Shown piece by piece: positions 7,418 to 17,300 of a stretch of DNA of 20,000 nt. Positions within the stretch are counted from its first letter, which is position 1. Each line of letters begins with the position of its first letter. Source of the DNA: Piedraia hortae CBS 480.64 (lineage: Eukaryota); assembly GCA_010093745.1 (NCBI GenBank), contig MU005972.1, positions 112,725-132,724 of the forward strand, written 5' to 3'. The notes under the pieces are model-generated. The model was not told the origin of the DNA, did not search any database, and saw only the letters and a program-made list of their open reading frames with translations. The translations under genes were made by a program, and so were the position numbers.

Positions 7418-10259
7418 ATGAGCTTCAACAAAAAGGACGAGGATGATGCAGCCGTCGTCAAGGTTGACCGCACGTCGGTGTTCCAGGAGGGTAAGTGCTG
7501 TCGCTGTCCGCTTTGCGCCGCGCTCACCTTGTCCATCAGCCCGTGTCTTCAACACATCGGCCATATCACCCCGGAGATGTCGCATTTTACTGACCAAGAT
7601 TGCGCTGCTACTCTTTACGGGCGAGCGATTTCCAACCAACGAGGCTACGGATCTCTTCTTCGGCATCTCCAAGCTGTTCCAGAACAAGGACGCCGCCCTG
7701 CGCCAGATGGTGTATCTGGTTATCAAGGAGCTCAGCAAGGACGCGCAGGATGTGATCATGGTTACGAGCAGCATCATGAAGGATACGGCCGTCAATAGCG
7801 ACGTCCTCTACCGTGCCAACGCCATTCGGGCTCTGATCCGCATTATCGATGCCTCAACGGTGCCCTCAATTGAGCGCAGTATCAAGGCTGCTATTGTGGA
7901 CAAGTCGCCGTCGGTGGCCTCTGCTACCTTGGTGTCGTCGTACCATCTGCTGCCCGTCGCCAGGGACATTGTAAGGCGATGGCAGAGCGAGACACAGGAG
8001 GCGGCCTCGTCGCAGAAGAGCGGCGGCGCTTTCTCTGGCTGGGGCTCAGCAGCTCAGCTACCCTTGGCCACCAACAGCATGACGCAGTACCATGCCATTG
8101 GCCTGCTCTATCAGATGCGTAGCCACGACCGCATGGCTCTAGTGAAGATGGTGCAGCAGTACTCCGTTGCCGGTGTTGTCAGGTCGCCTCCGGCCCGCAT
8201 AATGCTTGTCCGCCTGGCCTCCAGGCTGGCCGAGGAAGAGCCTAATCTGCGGAAGCCGATGATGAAGCTGCTAGACGAATGGCTTCGCGACAAGAGCGAA
8301 ATGGTGAACATCGAGGCTGCCAAAGCCATCTGTGCCCTGCCCGACCTCACAAACGCCGATGTTTCGCAGGCAATCCACGTGCTCCAACTCTTTCTTACTT
8401 CGCCCCGCCCCATTATCAAATTCGCCGCTATTCGTATCCTGCATTCCTTTGCCAATTTCATCCCCGCAGCCGTCAGTCCATGCAATCAAGACATTGAGAC
8501 TCTTATCGGCAATTCTAATCGCAGCATTGCCACGTTTGCCATCACAACGCTGCTCAAGACGGGCAATGAGAGTTCGGTAGACCGGCTCATGAAGACCATC
8601 TCTACTTTCATGTCGGAGATTACAGACGAGTTCAAGGTGACGATAGTCGAGGCGATTCGTACCTTGTGTCTCAAGTTTCCCAACAAGCAAGCCGGTATGC
8701 TTTCGTTCCTGTCCAACATTCTTCGTGATGAGGGTGGCTACGACTTCAAAAGGGCAACAGTGGAGTCGATGTTTGACCTTATCAAGTTTGTGCCAGAGAG
8801 CAAAGAAGACGCGCTGGCGCATCTGTGCGAGTTTATCGAAGACTGCGAGTTCACCAAGCTTGCTGTGCGCATCCTGCATTTCTTGGGGGTCGAGGGACCT
8901 CAAACTGCCAAGCCAACCAAATACATCCGTTACATATACAACCGCGTAGTGCTCGAGAATTCGATTGTGCGCGCAGCCGCCGTCACGGCGTTGGCCAAAT
9001 TTGGCGTTGGACAGTCGGATCAGGATGTAAAGAAGAGCGTCGGTGTGCTACTGAAGCGCTGTCTAGACGACACGGATGACGAGGTCAGGGACCGTGCAGC
9101 GCTTAACTTGCGACTGATGGGTGAGAACGATGACTTGGCCGTCCACTTTGTTCGAAACGGTATTTACCTTTTGCCCATTGGTCATTGTGCAGATGCTGAC
9201 GACTTAGATTCAATGTTTTCTCTACCCGTCCTGGAGGACCAGTTGGCACATTACGTCAACGGTGGCTCTGCTGAGGCATTTGCAAAACCTTTTGACCTGC
9301 AAAATGTGCCCGTGGTAACGCGAGAGCAGTCTCTGGCCGAGGACCGTACGCGGAAGCTTCACACTGCAACGCCAATGCTCCAGGCGCCGTCTACAGGGCC
9401 GAAGAAGAGCAGCACAGTGACAGAAGCGGCAGAAGAAGCCTCAGCCGCCAATCAAAGGTATGCAAAGCAGCTACAGGCTGTGCCCGAGTTTGGCCCATAT
9501 GGAAGCCTACTCAAGAGTTCTCCGGTAACGGAGCTTACCGAGAGCGAGACCGAGTACGTGGTGTCGGCTGTGAAGCACATCTTCCAAGAGCACATCGTGC
9601 TACAGTTTGACATCAAGAACACGCTGGCGGATTACGTTTTGGCAGACGTCAGCGTGCTTTGCGTTGCCGAAGCCGGTGACGAGAGCAGCAGCGAGCTAGA
9701 AGAGGAGTTCATAATCCCGGCGCCCTTGCTGCGTCCTGATGAGCCCGGGACCGTTTTTGTTTCCCTTGCACGAGATTCGGAGGCCTACACCGTGGCCAGC
9801 TTCACCAACACGCTCAAATTCACACTCAAAGAAATCGATCCAACCACATCGGAGCCAGAGGAGAGCGGATACGAAGACGAGTACCAAGTTGAAGACTTGA
9901 CACTTGCAGGGAGCGATTACGTCGTTCCGGCATTCGCAGGCAGCTTTGATGAAGTGTGGACCAGCCTAGAAGGCAGCGACGCGGCAGAAGAAACACTACA
10001 ACTGGACAATGCCAGCGATATCAACGAAGCGGTGGAGATGCTGGTCAAGGCCTTGGGCATGCAGGCGTTGGAGGGCAGCGATGTTGCAATATCTACATCT
10101 ACGCACGTGCTGAAGTTGTATGGAAAGAGTGTGGCGGGGGGTAAGGTTGCATCGATGGTGCGCATGGCGTATTCTGCCAAGTCTGGCGTTACGGTAAAGG
10201 TGAGTGTACGCAGTGAAGAAGCGGATTTGGCGGGGCTGGTGTTGGCGTCTATAGCCTAG
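7418..10259 (+). CDS. SEC21: Coatomer subunit gamma (gamma-COP), 914 aa; exons 7418-7490, 7540-9159, 9208-10259
   Basis: MSFNKKDED..VDRTSVFQE|ARVFN..ISPRRCRILLTKI after splicing; LFFGISKLFQNKD, LAHLCEFIEDCEF, YIRYIYNRVVLEN, DDEVRDRA, LTESETEYVV..VKHIF, appendage GYEDEYQVEDL. Confidence 0.97.
7491..7539 (+). other. SEC21 intron 1 (49 nt, phase 1)
   Basis: GTAAGT donor, GCTCAC branch site, CATCAG acceptor. Joins ORF 7418.. to ORF 7443.. in frame (G|CC = Ala). Confidence 0.93.
9160..9207 (+). other. SEC21 intron 2 (48 nt, phase 1, in frame, no stop)
   Basis: GTATTT donor, GCTGAC branch site at 9195-9200, TTAG acceptor. Splicing gives ..FVRN-DSMFSL..; the ORF track reads through it as GIYLLPIGHCADADDL. 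Confidence 0.85.
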
Positions 10260-10979
10260 GATTGTCCTTAGAGTATGAATCATCCTCACGTTGAGTTACG
10301 CTCCAATTTACTCGGCCTAGACACCGAAAAACATCTTTTACCATCGGTTGACAAGATGCGTACTGTGGTGGAGATACTGAACACGCCAGGGTGGTACTGT
10401 CCATGGGGATGACCGTGACTGGAAAGCAAGGGGATCAACGGCAGTCACATGAACTTGGAGAGGTTAAGTTCAATTGATCTATCGTGTGCTATGGTATGCA
10501 TATAAACTCTCTATATGTGCGTGGCCCACATCAATGCCAAGCATAGTAAGACGTACACTCCAGCAGGAAGGAAGCAATGTTGTTTACACTCGAAGTCAAT
10601 GTACGGCGTTAGTTAGGAACAGATCCTGATGAATGACTTGGTTCTTTTTGTGTCAAGGCTTGAACTTTCCATGTGAGGGGGAAAAAAAAAAACAACAACA
10701 CATGAAGCGGGAGAACTCTATCTTGGGCGGGTGTTGATATTCGAGATAGGCGACAGACAACGTTCTGCATGTCATTCAGGCCCTTTCCACTTGACGATTG
10801 CAAGTGGGCACAGACTGTTACGCTCGGCTCGTTCCGGCTGCATCTTACATTGCAGTGACGTATTGAGACATCACGTGAGTTAATTGACCGGAAACCAGGA
10901 AGTGGCCGGGCATGGGCGCTTTGTGTGGCCAACAAACCCTCCTTGATCAAACACACAACACAATGTGCAATCGCTAAGT

Positions 10980-13900
10980 ATGTCCAGACAAGACATCTCA
11001 TTCAAGACGGTTCCGGGCCGCAACCGGACGCAAAAATGGTCGCAGGCCAAGACGTACAACTACGACGGCGACGACTGGGGCGGGTATGACGACGGCTACT
11101 ATGAAGATGCCCCACAATTGGAGCGTCAGCGCAGTTTCGACGTGGGGCAAGAGGCGGAGCGACGGCAGTTTAGCGGGCCGCTGGCCGCTGACTCGATGGC
11201 GGCCGGCCCCGACGACGCCACGACTCGCGCTCCCGTTGTCATCCGACCGGCCGACATTTACAAGCGCATGGCGGCCGCCAACAGCGCGCGGGAAGACGCG
11301 GGGCAGCAGTCGAGCCAGCCCCAGCATGCGACGCTCTCGAGCCTCGCGTCGTCGACCTCCTCGCCGCCAGGCCCCCAACAGAACCTCCAGCAGACCCAAC
11401 AAACCCAACAAACCCAACGCCTCCAAGCGGAACAAGCCCAACAACTCCCACGATCTCAGCAGCACCGCCAGCTGCCCCCCGTCAGCCGCATCTCCGGGTT
11501 CGGCACCGACTTTATCCAGAACAGCTCCCAGCCGGACAACCGCGATCGGGTGCAAAGCACGATAGCGCGCGTGATGAACGCACCTGTAGTGCGGACAGAG
11601 GCAGCGCTACAACAGAGGCCAAGCGGTACCAGCCAAGATCGCAATGCAGTCCTGCATTCAGCCTCAGAGGGCGGAGAGAACCCGATCTCGCGGGACGATT
11701 CGGCTACAAACCTGACGTCTAGCATTGGTCCAATGACTAGCCGCGATACCTCCACGACCCATTCACGGCTGGTTGAACCCGTAGTGTCTCCAATCGCGGA
11801 AGAAGCCGCGCAGTCCCCTGGCCAAGGCGTGCAAGGATTCCGGCAGAACACGGAGCTGCCAGCCCACGAAGAGTCGCCTGCAAGGCCGCTTGAACATGAA
11901 CAAATCGACAGTAGACGGCTGAACGGGCCAATGGCGACCGAGAGGGTCGAACAGCCCGGCTATGGCGGCCGCGGCCGGCCGGACTACGACGGCGTCCAGG
12001 CGGATCGCGGCATTCGCCAAGCCAATGTAACCTCCAGATCGCCTCCAGAAGAGACCGACCGACAGCAGCCGTTGACTCGTGTCCAGTCCGTGACGCCCAC
12101 ACCTCCTGGTGCAGGGCTGGGCGCCCCTCGGTCAGGCACGGCCAATGAGCGCAACAGTCCGGTGCGAACAAACCGTGTGCGGGCAATCGCCGAAAACTAC
12201 AACTTGATTGAGGCGGCGTCGAACCGCAACAGCAATACCAGTCTCGCCTCGTGGCGGTCTGGCAAGAACAGCGTGCGCGGGTCAGAGGAGAACCTGTCGT
12301 TGAAGAAGAAGAACACGGGGCTGAGCATTGAAAGCCGCAAGTCGACGCTAGAAGATGCCGAGCGACGGCTGACGCTCGATACGCAGCCCAGCCAGGCCAG
12401 TTTCCGGCCCCATTTGCCTGGCGAGTGGATCAGCACCGCTCCCACTCCGGTAAGCGAGTCGCCCACGAAAGCGTCAGCTTCCACGCCCTCGGCATCTCCT
12501 TCACACCTCGCTCAGGCCGCATCACGCTTTCCGCGACCTTCTTCACGCTCTCCGAAGAGGAACGAGACGTTGCCGCAGGCTGCGTCGCCCGAGCGCACCC
12601 CAAAGGCTGCCGATTCCGGAGTGCAGGCCAAGGGCGCTCTTGATCAGGTCAAGGACGCCGGCACAGCTCTTGGGGCGTCTCTCATGGCCACTGCCGGCCT
12701 GTCCAGCGTTGCTCGTGACTTTGCCTCTAACCAGCCAACACAGCAGCCGGAGCAGCCGGACATGAGAGCCAAACGAACGACGGGAGATGTTGCTCAGATT
12801 CGTCCGGCTGCTGTTCGTTGGGAGAGTGAGGCTCCGAGCAGCGTTGCCAACTCCATTCCCCCAAGTCCCACGCCCCCACAACGGCCAGCAGAGACCAGAG
12901 CGCAGTCAGGATACTTCGCCGACGTCGTGCAGCCCCTCCACACCAGCCGTCCAGATTCTGACCTGCAGGAGGTTCAGCCAAAGTCTCGCAGCGTGTCAAA
13001 CCTCAGCGATGATGTCCTTGATCAAGACTTTGAGAGCGATCGACTTAGAAAAGAGATTGTTGCCAGTCTGGACCCTTTCAAGGCGCAGGACGACATCTAT
13101 CGCACGCAAGACGCTCTTGACGCTCCAGACAACGCTGCTCGTGTTGCGCGCGGAGAAGAACCGCTTCCGGGAGCCGAGATAGCCGGGCAGTCGAACCGGC
13201 GGTTCAGTTGGGAAGGTCAGGAGACGCCAGGTGTGCTGCCAGTGGAACATTCGGTTCAGCAGCCAGTCGGGCAGCGCATGGAAGATTCTCCAGAAACGCC
13301 CAGGCAGCAGTCTATTGAGGAGCCAAGGGAGAGTCAAGTGGAGCGAACAGCCGAAAGACCAACAGTCATCACACCGGAAAGGCCGTATGAGAGGCCAGAA
13401 ACTCGTGGACTGCATGTCACAAACACAGACGATCTCCGCGATGCAAATCAGCAGATAATTAGTCCGACTGGAAGCCTTGAACGGCATGGGCGGTCTGCTA
13501 ACGGTCAGCCCGTGGCCGTTGCCGACTCCAGCCCCATCTCGGCATTGTCTGACGCTCAGAGGAATGTTCCCGACGAGTCTCCAAGCAGCCCTCTCCACAG
13601 CCCTCGGGTTGGGTCCGAAATTTCATCTCCAGTGGCTGCTAAAACGCCTATTTCGCCTGCTGCTCAGACCAAAATCCCGCCATTCCGTGAGATCCTCGCG
13701 ATCCGTCACACGCCTGAGCGCATCCAGACCTACAACGATACCCGCCAGACGTTCGCCGACATGGACACTGGACTCCCCAACTGGCTCTCGGCCACAATGG
13801 CACAAAGACCAGAATATGCCGCCGACCTTGAAGCGCCCGTTCCATCTAATTTGGTGGCATCTCGCCAACAGAAACCATCAATTCTGAAAATCGCTAAAGG

Positions 13901-14072
13901 CTTCTCCAACACCGACTCTGGCATTGGCGAGAGGAAGGCATCGCTGAGCGATGCCAGCGCGATGCGCGGAAAGGAAATTATGAAGAATGCGAAGGGACTA
14001 TTTGCCATGGGGAGAAACAAATTTGGGACGCTCAGTGGGAAGTCTGGGGGTAATGGGAGTGAGAAGGTATGA
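10980..14072 (+). CDS. Large Ser/Pro/Gln-rich hypothetical protein, 1,030 aa if unspliced; probably exon 1 (10980-14066) of a roughly 2,711-aa gene
   Basis: 3.1-kb ORF, first ATG at 10980. Short ordered-looking motifs in a disordered background: SFKTVPGRNRTQKWSQAKTYNYDGDDWGGYD, FRPHLPGEWIS, ESDRLRKEIVASL, RRFSWE, FREILAI..ERIQTYNDTRQTFADMDTGLPNWL, AKGLFAMGRNKF. Ends GAG AAG GTA TGA. Confidence 0.88.
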   Translation: MSRQDISFKTVPGRNRTQKWSQAKTYNYDGDDWGGYDDGYYEDAPQLERQRSFDVGQEAERRQFSGPLAADSMAAGPDDATTRAPVVIRPADIYKRMAAANSAREDAGQQSSQPQHATLSSLASSTSSPPGPQQNLQQTQQTQQTQRLQAEQAQQLPRSQQHRQLPPVSRISGFGTDFIQNSSQPDNRDRVQSTIARVMNAPVVRTEAALQQRPSGTSQDRNAVLHSASEGGENPISRDDSATNLTSSIGPMTSRDTSTTHSRLVEPVVSPIAEEAAQSPGQGVQGFRQNTELPAHEESPARPLEHEQIDSRRLNGPMATERVEQPGYGGRGRPDYDGVQADRGIRQANVTSRSPPEETDRQQPLTRVQSVTPTPPGAGLGAPRSGTANERNSPVRTNRVRAIAENYNLIEAASNRNSNTSLASWRSGKNSVRGSEENLSLKKKNTGLSIESRKSTLEDAERRLTLDTQPSQASFRPHLPGEWISTAPTPVSESPTKASASTPSASPSHLAQAASRFPRPSSRSPKRNETLPQAASPERTPKAADSGVQAKGALDQVKDAGTALGASLMATAGLSSVARDFASNQPTQQPEQPDMRAKRTTGDVAQIRPAAVRWESEAPSSVANSIPPSPTPPQRPAETRAQSGYFADVVQPLHTSRPDSDLQEVQPKSRSVSNLSDDVLDQDFESDRLRKEIVASLDPFKAQDDIYRTQDALDAPDNAARVARGEEPLPGAEIAGQSNRRFSWEGQETPGVLPVEHSVQQPVGQRMEDSPETPRQQSIEEPRESQVERTAERPTVITPERPYERPETRGLHVTNTDDLRDANQQIISPTGSLERHGRSANGQPVAVADSSPISALSDAQRNVPDESPSSPLHSPRVGSEISSPVAAKTPISPAAQTKIPPFREILAIRHTPERIQTYNDTRQTFADMDTGLPNWLSATMAQRPEYAADLEAPVPSNLVASRQQKPSILKIAKGFSNTDSGIGERKASLSDASAMRGKEIMKNAKGLFAMGRNKFGTLSGKSGGNGSEKV
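11388..11417 (+). repeat. Coding 9-nt tandem repeat (ACCCAACAA unit) encoding QQTQQTQQTQ
   Basis: cagcagacccaacaaacccaacaaacccaa read directly. Confidence 0.8.
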
Positions 14073-14160
14073 TTATCTTCCCTATTCTTCTTCTTCTTCT
14101 TCGTTTTTTTTTTTTTTTTTTTTTTTCTCCATATCCGTGCCACTTGCTTATCAGTGTAGG

Positions 14161-14170
14161 NNNNNNNNNN
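14161..14170. other. Assembly gap (10 N)
   Basis: nnnnnnnnnn in the sequence. Confidence 1.
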
Positions 14171-14252
14171 GAATGCGAAGGGACTATTTGCCATGGGGAG
14201 AAACAAATTTGGGACGCTCAGTGGGAAGTCTGGGGGTAATGGGAGTGAGAAG

Positions 14253-14345
14253 GTATGATTATCTTACCTATTCTTGTGGCCTTGATTAGGAAATCCATTT
14301 TTTCTATCTTTCCTCCATATCCGTGCCACTTGCTTATCAGTGTAG
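14253..14345 (+). other. Predicted 93-nt phase-0 intron (the other copy is 14067-14159) linking the two large ORFs
   Basis: AAG|GTATGA donor, pyrimidine-rich body, degenerate branch-like GCTTAT, TGTAG acceptor. The downstream long frame opens exactly after this TAG. Confidence 0.72.
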
Positions 14346-17300
14346 GGGTTCGCTTCTTTTCAGAGGAGGAGCTCCAGTTCTCGTTCCCGGTCGAGAACTG
14401 TTTCTACTCCTATTCGACCTACTGAGGAAGATTCGGCGACGGGGAGAAGAGGCCGTTCGTCTCCTCCTCCAACCCTACCCATATCGACCCTTTCCGGTCG
14501 GGGCCCGCCTGCTCGGGGAAGGTATGCATCGCAGCCTTTGCCTACCACTCGACTGCCGAGTTACACCAGGGACTCTGAACCTATGACGGTAGCAAATCCT
14601 TCGCAGGGCGATGGTCCCGTCATAGGGTATTTCACCACCTCGTCCACGACGGAGCACTTCTCCATGACTGTGTCGACGACGACATCTGTTAGGTTCAACG
14701 TGCGGGGCAACCAGGGGGGTGGGAATGCGAGGAGGGTGACATCTGGGGCTGGAATTGGGACCGAGACTGCTGCCGCGGGCGCTGTATCGATTGGGAATGC
14801 TGTCGCCGCTGGGGCGACAATGTCAGGGAGAGACGGGTCTTCCTCTAAAGCAGGTGCAATTTCTACTCCTGAGGATGGGAATGCAGCAGCTGCAGCCGTA
14901 GCAACGACTAGCCCTGCAAACGGACCTGTCATGTCCCTTGCTGCAGGCACCCGTTCCCGTATTGTGTCCATTTCTAGTCAAGATGAGGCTCCAACACGGA
15001 CCAACATACGGTTTACCGATGTGTCATCGAGTCAGAACGTGGGTTCTGCCGAAGCAAGAGCCCATGGAATGGACGACTTTGTGTTTGACATCGGTCCAAG
15101 TAAAGAAGAACATGACGATACAACGCTGCAGGAAGTACCGCTCCCGCATACGAGGACGAGGTCTCAGGCGGGTTTCTTCCATCAGTTTGGCCAGAGGGTT
15201 GCTTCATCACAGGATAGGGATGGTTTGTTACCTTTTGAACACTCGACGAACCTTCCTCCTCCCTCTCCGGATGGAATGAGTCATGAAGCTTTTGTTCCCA
15301 AGCAGCAACACCTTCCCCTGCCTGATAATCGTAAACCGGAGCCGGAAGGATCGCGAGCTCTTGTCGAACGCGGTGATGGAGATGGTTATGGCTCAGCTGG
15401 GGTTGAAGATGTTCATGGGCCATCTGGGGACCTGAAAGGGCAACCTCTCCCCGCAGATGGAGATGGCTACGGACCCTCTGATAGTCGACATGGGCTCGTC
15501 ACATCTGGAAACGGTGACGAATATCATTCTTCCGAGCTTGGGTATGGGTATCGTCCTTCTGTAGACGAGCAAGTCTATACTGCATCTGAAGACGAACAAG
15601 TACATGCAGACCGACATCCGGAGACCTTCCGAATTCCAACGCAGAGCCCTCCACCCACCTTGACGCAAATGTTCTTCTCTGCGCTGCTTGGTCGACCTAT
15701 TCATGCTTCGAATGAACAGGACTCTCCCCATCAGCAGGAGTATTCTACGTCTCTGGAGGACGATCGCTTCGAAAGGGATGAGAGGCAAACCAGGCGTCTT
15801 TCGCAGGAGAAAGCCCTTCCAGGCCAGGTCCAAGCCCGGTCTGGGTATGCTACTCATGAGCGGGATCTGGAAGAAGAATATGCTGCGGGTTATAGACAGG
15901 GTATGCTCGACCAAAAGCGAGGCAATGCCGGAGCTTATGGCCCTAGCCGGCGAACACCAAGTCCCGTCGGGTACCATGGTCATATGCCCCTGCAGCGTGA
16001 GAACAGCAGAGGTCATGCGCAACAAGGTCATGACCAACGAGCTTCGAGCTTCGTTGTCTATGCAAGTCCCCAGATCGGGCAGGAAAACGCTGAATGCCAT
16101 CGTCAGGGTCCTGTCGATCGCGGTCAAACGTTTTCACCCCCGCAGCAAGAGATGGTGCGGTCGATGCAGAGACATAACAGCCAAATGGCTGCTCAATATC
16201 GGGGTCCAACCAATAATGTCGAGATGCCTCCTTCCCAGCTGAGGCAAGAGAACCATGGTGAATACCCAGGCCGCCCTCTCCGTCCTGGTCAATCTGGTCA
16301 ATCGCTGCCTCAAGCAGACTTACCCATGCAGCGAGGACCCGCGCAGCCTATGCATGAACCCCAAATACGGCATGATGTGCCTTCCCAGGATGATCAGATG
16401 CTCCAACGCTCTGAGAGTTATGGTCAGCGAAATCAAAACCCCGTCCATGATGGCACAATGGGACGTATGCCTGCTCTAACCGGGCACGAAATTGGTCCGT
16501 CGGAAGCTCCCCAAAACCGGATGCTGGACCAGTCATTCGACGGTTACGGCCAGCAACCTCAAACTTGGACCGACCACAGTGGACCCGATCCAATGCAGCC
16601 ACGAGCCGGCTCATCAGTCCCAGAAGGGGTCACTAGGCCGACGCACAGTCATGCTTCGCCAGAGATTACCCAAACTCGAATGCATAACGCCAACATGTCC
16701 TATCCCTCGCAGAGTTCTAATCAACAAGCACCTCAAACTGGCGTTCTCGCCGGCTCTCGAGACGGGCAGACCTCTCGGGGGATCATGGCCGAACAGCCTT
16801 TTCCAAGTGGATATACAACTCCTGGTGGCCGGGCGCGAAGCCCCGCTGACGGCCCCTACCTTGGGCAAGAGCTGCCAGCTGAATGCGTACGCAGCACGTC
16901 CGAGTATGGTCATATTCCTGTTGATCAAACGTACTATAACAGACCTGATCAAACCCCGCGCCAAGGCATGTCAAATGCACCTGAAGAGTATGCACGTGCA
17001 GAAATATACGACGGTGGCTATGGGCAAATGCAAGAGCATACTGGTCCCGGACAGGGCTCCCAAATGCCAATGCAGCAAGCTCCGGCACAGATGAACATGG
17101 CTCAACAATATGAATCGCCATCTTCCCAGACATCTGTCCAGCAATACCCGGAACAAAGAGTGACTGGTTTTGACACCGCTGGCCTACAGCAAACCTTTGA
17201 CGGTGCACAAATGTCTACGGATGCGCAGTCTACGTCCAGAGGGCAAGTCCCTACTCAGCTTCCATCTGTTATGTTCAATCAACCAATCTCTCGAAGCTCT

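Larger units (their letters stand above)
13985..14346 (+). repeat. Two 176-bp direct copies (13985-14160 and 14171-14346) flanking a 10-N assembly gap; probably an unmerged contig overlap or two alleles
   Basis: Both copies start gaatgcgaagggactatttgcc and end ccacttgcttatcagtgtagg. They are identical except for one substitution (c14080/a14266) and a 37-nt block (14090-14126 versus 14276-14312). Confidence 0.92.

Noticed and set aside
9160..9192. Alternative in-frame acceptor (TGCAG at 9192) in SEC21 intron 2
   Set aside because: Would give a 33-nt intron and lies upstream of the GCTGAC branch site.
10450..10472. TGAACTT/AAGTTCA hairpin
   Set aside because: A 7-bp stem is expected by chance in 20 kb.
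10624..10680. Box C/D snoRNA (TGATGA at about 10627)
   Set aside because: No canonical CTGA box D at a suitable distance and no recognisable rRNA guide.
13730..14289. ORFs with poly-Lys or poly-Phe spanning the gap
   Set aside because: Produced by the T23 tract, the Ns and the duplicated segment.
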